NCBI GenBank assembly: GCA_002269645.1
Contig: NIVC01000060.1
Span: 1-46,379 of the forward strand
Source of the DNA: Macrostomum lignano
Taxonomy: Eukaryota
Length of the DNA stretch: 46,379 nt
Reading direction: 5' to 3'
The translations under genes were made by a program, and so were the position numbers. This document shows, piece by piece, positions 1 to 12,000 of the stretch (positions are counted from its first letter, which is position 1; the number at the start of each line of letters is the position of its first letter). Under the pieces are notes generated by a model. The model did no database searches, was not told where the DNA came from, and saw only the letters and a list, made by a program, of their open reading frames with translations.

Positions 1-3000
1 GAAATTCGAGAGGCCCTGACGCAAGTTGGTCTGGCTGACAGAAAGCGGTCTTTGGCGTCTCAACGCATTCAGAGAAAAACCGGATGTCAAAAACGCAACC
101 GGCTTAAAATTTGTTCGTGGTGGTGGAACTTCAGCTACTGGCAGTCCATGGCTTAGATGCAGTAAGTATGTGACAGTCAGGTGCACTGGGTAGCGATGGA
201 CCATGTGCTGTTGCTGACTCTATAGATCACGCTGAGCAGCTCTGTGTCTGTATTCGGACTGCAGTTTCGCGGCAGTTCTGTACACGCTGCGCCGTTCTCT
301 GGCGAAGCCATGACGAAACTGCCTTCGGCCCTACAGATGCTCGAGTGCAGACATAGGGAAAAAGTTCGCAAGTGGCCAAGTCAAGATTTGTCTGCGCACT
401 CAGCGTGACGCCAGCGGCCTCGCCAGGATGCACAGAATCTCCAGATGTCAGGTTGGCAGGTAAACTCAAATTTAGCATTAAGCATGAGGAGGAAATGCCG
501 CTGGTGTTCAAGCTACAGTTGCTGCGGCAGAGAAATAGGACTGGTTCCAGCTGTGGAAGTGAGATCATAATTTTTAATAATTTAAATAATCTATAACATC
601 GCACAAAAGTATGAAATTTATCTCTTACTTGAAAGTTTGCATCCGGCAGGGTCACCGCAGCCACGTGAAAGGGACTGGATGGGCTGAGGATGAGCACTGA
701 CTCAAAAATCAGAAACTCCTGAGTTGATCGAGTAATCACCGGAGGGCTTATCAGATGAAGTGATGCTGAGACATTCAACTCAGGCTGGCACAGCTTGTTG
801 AAAGAGACGCAGGCGTCGTTGTTGTCCAGCTGGTAGTCGACAAACTCGGAGAAGCTGCCCGGTGCTGCGGACACGCAGATGTTTGAGATCTGGTGGCAGA
901 TGCTTCCGGCAGGCAGCTTTAGTGTTGCTGTGCACACAACATCGAATGTTTCTCCAAGATAGCGTGCAGCACTGAGGTTTCCGCTGACAGCGATCGCTGA
1001 GCTGGCGGTGAAGTTCAAGTCGCTGAATAGTGACATAAAGCGGGCGGTGAGGTCGAAGTTCATCTTCGGAGACGGAGCGGCCGTCAAGCTTGTGGTGGCG
1101 TTGAGAACACGAATTCTGAAGCTGAACGTCAGGTTGGTTGTGATGTCCCGAACTACTGTCTGGGTAGAGACCAAACTCAGTGAGCTGACTTCGGTGTCCA
1201 TCACTGGAAAAGAAAATGAGGTTATGAATCACGCATTCTATCACTTGTAACGAAGCAAAAGCATGCAGCAATTTGTCCTGAGCCACTCACAAAGTTTGCA
1301 CAAAGCTTTCCGCATCACGTAGCCAGACTTGCACAAGCACGTCGTATTCAACGGTTCTCCGGGTGACAGACACACCGTGTACTTTGCCAGAGTGCAGCTT
1401 GCATCCGCGAAGCAAGCATCGTTAATATTTTTAGCTGGAAAAAATCGAGATTAGTTGTAGCTCCTTCGATAATTGAACAAGTTAGGGTAGCAAAAATCAG
1501 ACTTACGTAAGTGATAATAGGATTTTTGAATGATTCTCATTTGAACCTGAGCCCCTGACGCGCTGCTCAACGACCATCTGATGGAGTCGATCGGTTTGAG
1601 CGGCGCTCCCTGTGAGCTTCGTGCGGGACAGTCGCTGCTGAACCACCAGCCGCTGCCACCAGCAGTTGCGCACATCTTTGCGGTGCCGAAGTCGAACGTA
1701 GAGAAGGTCGACATGTTCTGAGCTTCGAACAGCTGCCCGTCACCGAAGTCGGAGGCGCAGTCTTCCAACCGGAGCTGAAAGTCCAGAAACGACGGTGCCA
1801 CTTTGACATTCCGGCACTCCACGTATCGAAAGCTTCCATCAGAGATCCACGCGTCGATCCGCATGGAGAACTTGGCCATGAGTGTCAGATCGCTGAGTGA
1901 CTGCAGCCCGATCCAAACGAGGTTGTCCATCTCGAAACCAGCCTGATACTGCGCTATAGAGAAGTTCATCGAGCTGTTCAGGTTGAAGTTTTGATAAATG
2001 ATCATCCAGTCGTGGTAGCAGTTGATTTTCTTGCTGTCAATGGCGGTCTCATTGCGACCCACGCATGTCGGTACTGGAAAAAGCATGTCGAAAGTCATTT
2101 AGCACTTTTTTACGCCAAAGAGCAGTTTCGAAAACTATAAATAAAGAATATATGCCGAAGCAGAGGACGACTCACCCTGCAGCACGCTTCCAAATATTTC
2201 ATATTTAAAACTCAAATCGCTCCGGTAAATTGCAGGCATAATCTTGGCCTGCTGAGTAACCACTATTGTGCGGGACTGAAGTATCACCACCTGGTTCAGC
2301 AGATGCTTTTCGTTTACGGAGAGTCGTGACGTCTGAAACCGATAGAGGTCATTCATTACTTCGTCCGGTAATTCTCAAAGAGAGATGCAGTTTTTAGCTT
2401 ACCTGGTTGTCGCTGAGCACAAATGTTGCAGGAAACCAAGTCATGGTCTCACCGTCGAAGTACAACAACAGGATGGAGTTGTATGCGAGGGGCTCTCCGT
2501 CTACGCGTTTCAGGTTGTTTCCGGCACCAGAGAAGCCTAATCCGGTGATTCTGACTTGCCTCGACATTGTCACCTGACGGTAGGTCATGATGGCTTTCTA
2601 TCTATCTCTATTAACAGTCTATCTTACAGACAAAAAACGGTCAATTACGAGTACCATTATGTAATATCCGTTGAAACACTCCGAAGGTGACAAAGTTGGA
2701 GACGACAAGAGCGAATCAGCTGCAGTTCCGTTTGTAGCGTTGGCTGTGAAAGTAACACTGACGTTCGATGTTTCAGACATCAAGTTCTGCCAGGAATCAG
2801 CTGAAATCATTTCAATTTTACCTAACTGTAAGTAAATGCTCATATCTACTGCACATGTCAAGACTCAGAATACGAAAGCGAAGTGACTCACGACGACAGA
2901 CTTGCTCCACGAAGTGAGTGCCGATTCGCAATACTGCTTGGAAACTGATTGACAGAGTGTCCACATTCAGCCCTGTGAAGCTCTCGTGGGAAATCTCCAG

Positions 3001-6000
3001 GCTCCTGCACCCTCCATCCTGGCACTTCACCAGCGCACTCTGAATGCTGTCCACTTGTAAGGACTGGCGGGTGTCGGAGACAATTGAGTAATTGTAGAAC
3101 ACATTGTAGAACGGGTTGGAGCAGCTCAGGTGTTGCAGAACATCTGCAATTAATCAAGTCATGGATCTGACCCAGTTCCAATGACAGTCTCTGCATCAAC
3201 CTAGATCAAGTCGGTGAGCTCACCGGCCTCAGTCTGGCACAGGATGTGACCTCTGAAGGAGCCGCAGTCAACTGCAGTCCAGGCCTCTTCAGTCAGCCTG
3301 GTGGCAGCGCAGGCTCCCGCCACCGAGGGCTCCCCGATGCTCCAGTGCGCCCAGGCTCCCAGGCTGCTGTTGGTCGCCTCAGACAGCCACTGACCGCTGC
3401 TGGAGTTGAGCACTGCGCCAACGTGAAACCTGAGGTCGCTGGGCTGCGAGCTGAAGCCGCTGCGGGTGCACAGAGTTGGGTGAGTTTGTCAGCGAGAGGC
3501 TGGCATAGTGCTGGGTTAAAGCAATGCGAGCGATTCTGGCATACAGCGAGTGATCGATGAAGGCCAGCTTCAGAGCGGTGTAGTCAGCGTATGAAGTAGG
3601 CAGGAAGAGGCCGCCAGGCCGGTCCCAGTTGAGGCTGCCGCAGTAAGCCTTCGCCACTTCGCGCGCGACTCCCGGAGTTCCGTCCGCAGAGTGGTGGCGG
3701 CAGCGGCCTTCGAAGTAGTAGAAGTTCACAGGGCAATCTGTAGAATGGCGCATGTTTGATTGAAATCTTGTGAATAAATGACAGGTAAAAAAGATTTAAA
3801 ACTGTGGCTCACCTCCCGATGGACAGCCGTATAAAGTGTTGATGGCCAAATTATGTATCTCAGATGCGTTTCCCAGTATCTTTCCGCTCTTGGCAATAAA
3901 AGTTTGATTCAGCCAAATACGGTTTCTACCGTTGATTACGCGGAAAGTCTAAAAACATCGTTAATAGTGAAGATTGTTTAAATAATCAAGTATAGCGAGT
4001 ATCGAGTATCTATCGGATTAATGGAATGGCTACATACCAAAGTGCTGTCGCTTCCATTGACAGACAATTGAAGAGCAGCCTCCGAAACTGTGAGATGAGC
4101 GCTTACAGTTAGGTTAGTGAGGTAATGTCCTTTCTGCAGCTCGAATTCAAGAACAAGCAAATCGGTTGCAGAAGCGAATTTGGTATTGAAAGCAGACGAA
4201 GATAACGTTGGACATTCTGAAAGCAAGAGGACACTCACGGGCTTCAATCAGCCCGTTTACAGAGATTCAATCAATCATGCACTAGTTCTAAAACTGCACT
4301 CACCGACAGGAAACCCGACGACTCCAACTTTGACCCGAGCGTCTCCATGGAAGCTGAGTGGTGACAGGACCAGGAACTTTGCCACTACTGGATCCGACAG
4401 ATCCTCTACAAAACTCACATTGGAAATGATTGAACCCAGCAATTCTTTGTCTGGAATGCCTGCCCTGGGCACCTCCTGCAGCTGGGAGTCGTCATGAGTT
4501 CCATAGTGCAGTCTGAACCGATTCAAATATGATCCATTGAACCCGGAAGAGACAATGGAAAACACTCGATGAGGAACCGGGAATGTGATGCGGACGGAGG
4601 CATTCACAGGTAGCTCAAAGGCTGAGCCACTACTCAGCAGCAGGGCGGCAGGCCCGCGTTCCCAGCTCGCACTGGAGGGCCGGCGCACCGTGACCTGGTG
4701 CGGCGCCACCGGCACGAGAGGCGCCTCAGGCAGCGACTCGGGAGAGCAGCCGAACAGCTCAAACTTTCCGGCAAACCGGCCAACCACTCGCAGTGGGTAG
4801 ATGCGGAAATGGCGGCCAATGACAGGGTTGGGTAGTTGCTCGATCGAGGTTATGCAGCTGTTCGGGTAGTCCGCAGGTCCGTGCAGAACCTGCATGATAG
4901 GTGATGAATGAGCCTGTTGTCATAGCTCAGTAATAACTGAAGTATTCAATGAATGCTAGTAGTCCACTTTCGCAACACTTACGGACGGCGCCAAGCCCCA
5001 GAATGTTCCGCTACGAGAGTACATCAGTACATAAGTGACTGCTGCCTCCCTTGCGAGTCCAGTTAGACAGTAGATACCGGACATTGCAACAGCTCGAATT
5101 CTAGCTTGCGTCTGGAGGGTGATTTGAAGCCACTCATCCAGACCGGCGGATGCTGCTCTAAAGAAGCCGAAGGTCCCGACCGGAGCGTCTGAAATATTGT
5201 ACAAATAAAGAAAATGGAGTATGCAGACAATCAGGCGAAAAACTAAAACCATGATTAATGGTGTGAGTGACGGTAGGGTAGTCATAATCATAATCAATTC
5301 TAATGGGTTAGTCGAACAGGGATTGCTAGCCTGCCAATGGATTCTTTTAAAGCTTTACATTTAAAATGAAGTTAGTAAACTTCAGGCTAGAGGTTACTAA
5401 ATCTTTTAGTAAAGATTTTTGTTAAAACATTAGGCAGAAAGCTTTGTAAGAAATCGGTTACTGCAAGTATAGCGATAAACGAATATGAAGCAATTGTCTC
5501 ACAAAATGTGAAAAAAATCAAACTTGAACGAATCTTGTATTATAAAACAAAATATGAAAATTAAGGGCACATAAAACTTTAAAGGCGATTAAAAAGCTTT
5601 TGAAGAGAATAGACTAGAGAATCAGCCATTGGTGTTCTGTGTTGAATTCTCACTTTATGATGCACATTTAGAAGTTTAAATGCATGACAAATACGAACTA
5701 TAGCAACCAATCACGGGAATGTCCCATGAAATCTTGTTGGTAAGGTTACCTTAGAAAATTAGAAGCCAAATAGAAGTTTGCTTACTTGGAGAGTAAAACC
5801 CGAACGATACGTGCTCAGGCGGGTAGCCTGGAAGGCTTGACTTAGAAGTGATGCTGGACACCATCACAGTTGCGTTGTCGTTTGGGTCCGGACTTAAAAG
5901 CGGGCTGTCACAGTCTGCAGCTGAAATTTGTTTAAAACAAGCAATAGATATATGAGAATGCTCAATAATCAGTTTAAAAATTTTTGCTTATGGATCAGTA

Positions 6001-9000
6001 AACACCGGCACTGTTACAGTCACGAACATTTTGCCAAGAACTTTCGTCGCTCACCATAGCACCGCCACCGAAACGAACTGTTCAGGGCAGCCGTTGAACT
6101 CTGAGTTGCAGCTTCAGCTTCCGCTGTGGCCGCATCACTGACGGTAGCGGGAGGATGACTCAGCAACACAGCTGAGCAGTTCCGAGTTTCGTTTCGGTGG
6201 CAGTCGATCAAAGGCTTCAGAATTGGGTTCGATGTAGCGTACGTCCTAATGGGAGTGGCTGCTGACGAACTCAGAGCGGTCACGAAATATTTCGACTCGC
6301 AGTAATTTCCTGCGTATTTAATTGTTAAAAATATGTGCGAGAGTTCAAACAACTCAATGTCAGATGCAGCAGAGAAAATCTCACCAGGTGCGGCTGGCAC
6401 CTCACAGATGAACGGAAAGACGGCAGTCTCGCTGTCGCAGGGCACGGTGAACCACTGCATTCGCTCGCCGACCTCCGACACCACGCAGCCGCTGGTTGCA
6501 TTGCTGGGCAGCTTCCAATTGTTCAGATGGGCTGACAGAAGCCTGCCGTCGGAGGTTTCAAAGCTGCCGCTGGCGTTGCTGAACTCGCCATCGATATGGA
6601 TGAAGTTGTAGGCCGGGACCGAGCTGAAACATAAGTTATCCAAGATATGATTCGATTGCATCTATCTGTAGAATGTTGCATGTGAATGGTTTCAGTTTAG
6701 CTCAAACTCTCACAGGTTCAATTTTCCAAAAAGGGCTTTGAAAATCTGTAGCTCAGACTCCGTAGTCATCTTTGCTAGCCGTCCTCTTTCGTTCCAAGCA
6801 AGAGACTTGCAGATCTTGTGAGCAGTTTGCCTCGTTGCGATTGTATGAGGCTGGCTGGAGTCCGAGAATGGAGCCCAGTAGCAGAGTTGGCCATGACGGA
6901 AGGTGTTGATGGGACAGTCTGCGGGCAGGGGTCCCAGTAATGCAGTTACGATTGTGTACTACATTTTTGTACTTTTGTATCGCTGAATCCCTGGCCTGCG
7001 AGGCACGTTACGGTAGGGTGTACAGGGTACACTGGGTACAGTACAAGGACATGGGTCTTTGCTCGCTCCAACGTGACTGAAGCCCTCTCAGGACGCCAGG
7101 ACACCAACCACCTGATGCTAGTTTCATAACACACAGGCTGGCGTAAAATCAAAGCGATTAGGGTGTGACTACATGTGCGTAGCCGAATCTGAGTCGGCGT
7201 CAGAGTACACGGACCCTTAGCTGCCACCTTGGCAACCGAAAGAAAAAAGACGGATGAGCCCACTCAGTGTACTTGACGGCAGGAACTAATACAAGCAGCC
7301 AGGCACAAACCTCCATAGGCTTCCCTTTTGATTCTGTTCTCGCTTCATATTGTTATTATTCAGCTTGTCCTGGAGTGGCGTGGGTGCCTGCAGACTAGTG
7401 GAGCGGGCGAGCAAAAGCTAGACAAAGTCAGATAGAAAAATCACACACACGCCCAGCAGAGCGCGGCGTGACTACGAGCTACCTAAAAGTCAGCCCGCGC
7501 GGGGAAACCATTCCACCACACACCCCACCAGCCGGCCGTTGGGCTTTACCCCAAACCAGCCAATCACAACGCGGGGTGAGAGAGGAAACTCGTCAAGCCA
7601 GCAACTTGGCGCAGCTAACCAGCCGCAGCGGCTCTCAGTGCCAGAGAGAGCTAAAGTCGAAAACAAAATGAGAAGCATGGGTGGCGGAGGGGCAAAGACA
7701 AAGAGCTCTTGCACTGTGAAAAAGTTCAAAAGGCAATACTACGTTTATCACTACTACGAGCATTGAAAGCAGTTTTAAAACAGTAGTCTGGGAAAGGGGC
7801 TTTCTAGGACAAAAATTATCGCAGCCTCTATAATGCACAAACGATTAACTTTATTATTCCCAAAGAGAATAATCACATCCCGAAGGATGTGAAGCTAACC
7901 GGAATCGAGCTGTATTTGGAAGTCATTGAGCCAAAGACTGCACTAAAAGCGGATTATCTCAGGGCAATAGAGAGAAGGAAATTGATGTTGCATACACGGC
8001 CTACATGTGTCGAGATAAGCGAAACGAAACTAGAACAAACATCTGCATTAAAGAGGGATCATGCAGCAATCCAAGGTATATCATTATTAATATGAGAAAC
8101 CCAAATAGCATTATACGCTACATGCATGGAGACGTGAGGTCCATTCAGCATGAAATCAGTGATAATCTTTACCCTGCACTGCCACAAAATGGAGATTTCA
8201 GTCAGAACAAGATTAGCAAATTTTACAGCGAGTTGGTCGACTTGGCTGTGAAAGAGAACAATGGAATTGCTATCACTGCTCTTCAATATGGAACTCTATA
8301 TCCGATGTTTGGCGCTGATGTGTCTGCCAGACAAATGCCTACTGATAACAGCCCTGTGAATATCGTGACTAACATTGAGAGGACTACCGCAACACCCGTG
8401 GACCTGTACATTATCTATGCATTTGAGAGAAAGGTGAAGCTTAACACGATCAAAAATTCATCCAGTAAAGTTTGAAGATTTTTGTGGGTGAAAAAAAATG
8501 GAAGCGATTGCTGAAAGACTAAATAATATTATTTCTCGCTCTAAGGAGAGCATTTCTATTACAATAACTGGGCGAATTAATGACTCAAACGGGATATTTG
8601 TTCAAAAATTAGAGCAGGCGATTCGCCTGGATCCAGGTGCTAAATACCATGTCTATCTTAACGACTTCACTGGTTGGTCAAACGTTCCCAATGTGACGGC
8701 AGCAAATAATAAGTTTTATTACAAATGGAAAGGTGCAGCAGCAGAACCTGTGGTATTCCCTGTGAGCACGCAAAGTGTGGATACCTACAAATACTTTCTA
8801 GAAAACGTCTTTACTAAAAGAGGCCATTTTGAGACACCTGATCTGATTAAGCCAGAACTGTTCCCTATCAAACTAGCCTATGATCTCACTGTAATGAGAG
8901 TGGTCATGCAAGTTCACAAAGATGCGGAGGTTGAGTTTAAAGATGACACTTGGTATAGGGAATTGGGATTCAAGAAGAAAGTTTATAAGGCAGAATCCGC

Positions 9001-12000
9001 GGCGCGGACTGTCACTCAAGCGCCGAAATCATCGGGGGTCGTTAGCATGGCCCGGGAAAGTGTAAGCGGTTTGTTTGCACCCAATATTGCAGACATTGTA
9101 AAGGGTTTGAATATTCTAATCAGAAGTAATCTCAGTCTTGATTGGGTATTTAAGGGAAAGCGAACGAATATTTTGTACAACATCTCTAACTCTGTAGCTG
9201 GAGGACAGATGCTGGTAGAGAAACCAAATCCAGTGAAAAGAGTTGTATTGAGTAATAAGGAGATTCACGAGATTGTGCTACAGTTTGAGACTGAAGATGG
9301 GGTGGGTGTTGATTTCAACGGTGAAGAGTTTGTATTGACGTTGATCATTGAGAGAATGTGAGAAAAAATTACAATTGCTTAATGATTTCTCCAAAGTTAT
9401 AGTATATCTGTCGTAATCTTTTACGTAGGTTGCTCCATACTTAAGAAACCAGTGTCTTTGGAGAGCTAGATTAATATTAGGGACATTGATATCAACACCA
9501 AGCCAATATTTTCTCATGTACTCACTGCATTCTAGTTTGCATCGGTACTTACTCTTGTAATAAGGCTCGTGCCTTTTGTAAAAAGAACCTGGAGAGACGA
9601 TTGGAAGCATTTTTATTGAGAATTTAATTCTATCGGAGGATGAGCACCCTGGGTTTGGGGATTGGCGCTAATTTGATTGTCTTGGCACACTTTTTGCAAG
9701 GCTGGGAATATGGAGACTGATATTTTGTGCTAGACTTATGAGGCTGCGTAAATTTTTGATAATAAATGTAGAGACAGATTTTTGGGAGGGGCAGTTACCC
9801 TTTTTCCTGATCTCTTTGGGAATAATAAAGTTAATTGTTTGTGCATTATGGAGGCTGCGATAATTTTTTTCCTAGAAAGCCCCTTTCCCATACTACTTAA
9901 AACACATAAGAGGAGGCAGTTGAATATTCAAAATGAATATATTACCAGGAATTGGGCAGCCACGAATTTCGAATCTCGTAGTGACTTGATCTGCATCAGA
10001 AAAGTTAATGAAAAGCATTCTAGTCCGTAACACTGCCGGCAGATATTGCTCAAAACCGAGACTCAAGTTGAACAGCTGGAATAATTCAAATGGGTGAAAT
10101 TATTTTTCAAAATATGCGTTTTTGGAAACTAATAATACATTTTATTTAATAAAAATTTCGTGGGTCTGTTGCTACGACTGAGTCAATTCGTAAGGTTAGA
10201 TCAGTCTTGTATCGCTGAAGTGGCTCCGATCAATATCCTAGGGCAACCACTAACCAAACTATAGTCACCCATTTTACACTGCTAAATTGCACAGAAGTAT
10301 AAAACCTTATATGAGCTATTAATAGACATCTCACATGCGCTGAACCGTGAAGTGTGACTGGACGGACGCTTTCATCTACAGGGCTTGCATAGGATACGAC
10401 GAATGTGGCTTTCTCTGACAGGCCGTTTAGTCTCCACCCTGTGAGCAAGTGCGCAGTTGCCAGCTGAACCTGAACTGTAGTTGGCGATGTTTGCGTGATT
10501 GTCAACACAGCGCTGCTGACCCAGTCGCAATCTGAAGTGAAGTTCAGCCATTAGCGTTTGAATTTCAGTTCTGATTGATTTTCCTAGGGCAACCGCCTCT
10601 CACCTTCAGGATAGCCCAGCAGTTCTAGTCTCAGCAGTCTCTTCCTCACAAATCTGATTGGCAGAATTCTGACTACTCTGGCAAGAAACGGCTTAGTAAA
10701 AGACATCCGAGTAGCCATTTCGTTGCCTGTGAGACCAGTTCTTATGATCTGTAATTGACGAAACAGTTTAAAAAGTAACATTGTCCTGCTTAGTAAAACA
10801 GTTGAATAGATAATAGGCATTTTAGAGCATAACGTAAATCTCACATGGCTAAGTCTTCCAGCAGAGTACTCAGTATAATTAAGCATTTCTCTCGAATTGT
10901 TTCCATACCAAATCCGTGCGGTCGTGACATAGCCGTCAAAGCCTCCAGTTGCGAAGTCCCAGACTCCGCTGCCCTGCCACACAATTCCGGTGATGCGGTG
11001 GATCACATCCAGCTGAATCTCCAGGAAGCTGCCGTCAGTGACTGCTGCAAAGTTGGAAATGCCATATTTTAGCCTCAACTATAAACTGCAGCACTGCTCA
11101 CAGCTGGGATCAATCAGCTCAATCAGCTCAATCAGCTCAATCAGCTGCCAAGCGACTCACAGTCAGAAAAGACGGCAGCGGGCGGCAGGCCGACCTCCTG
11201 GCCGCGATTCAGCGCTGCCATGAGCGGGGTCGGGTGCCGAAATGCGTCGTGTGGACTGGCGGCTGTCGCATCGCCGACTGACAGCTGATTGGCCATAATG
11301 CGACCGTCCTCGAGTCCGACATTTGAGTTGATGAAGTAGTAGGCAGCTGGAAATAAAAGAACTAGTTGACGTTAGAGTGACGCTGTTTACGAACTCCTGT
11401 AAACTCAGTTAAGTTGTTGTCGGAGTAAAGATTTGATGTAATCAGCTCACCAATGCTGGGATAGCCGTAGACTTCGAACTCGCAGAGTGAGAGAGTTCCC
11501 AGCGATGAAGGCTTTCGCAAGCCAGCGACTGAAGCAACCTGTTGGTTATTATAGATCACCTCTAAGACTTGTACTTCTCGTTGAGAGTGAAATAGCTGCC
11601 ATTTATTTTCTGTTTAAAATGACGGAATCGCTACCTTATTGACGTTAATCTTCCACAAATGGGACTTCATGAAGCCGCCAGTCCAAGTTTCCAATATCGT
11701 GACTGCTGTCGCGTCCCACGGAGCGGCCGTGCTGTTGCTGATGTAAACACTGGCTGACTGCATGTCCTCGGATAAGGCCTGGACTTTGTCTGTCGGATCA
11801 GGGGGGGGGGGTAAATATGGAGTCCAATAAGTGCGATTGATTTGTTTAAGGCGACACAGAAAACCTTCTGCAGCTACTGAGGACTCACCGAGTGTCTCGA
11901 CCATGTCGACTATAAAGATGAAGACGATTCGCTGCGCCACTCCGAGATCCACGAACCAGTACAGATAAGGATCGGCGGTGCCGGAGTGCTGGAAGCAACG

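Larger units (their letters stand above)
7782..9897 (+). mobile_element. Non-autonomous mini-Polinton/Maverick (adintovirus-like) element, 2,116 bp
   Basis: 87-bp TIRs beginning AGTAGT (7782-7868 and 9811-9897, 4 mismatches); identical 6-bp TSD TAAAAC at 7776-7781 and 9898-9903; interior encodes capsid-like proteins. Confidence 0.9.
6988..10206. mobile_element. Composite intronic insertion bounded by a 13-bp direct repeat (about 1.1 kb host element plus nested Polinton derivative)
   Basis: TTGTATCGCTGAA occurs at 6975-6987 and 10207-10219, close to where host-gene sequence stops and resumes. No TIR, polyA or transposase was recognised in the outer part. Confidence 0.45.

Noticed and set aside
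7780-7868. Extension of the MCP reading frame upstream of 7869
   Set aside because: This segment is the TIR, duplicated at the other end, and has in-frame stops; the MCP is cut at the TIR junction.
11105-11145. (AATCAGCTC)n 9-bp repeat giving SSISSI in an ORF
   Set aside because: Short intronic microsatellite; the plus-strand ORF is antisense to the real gene.
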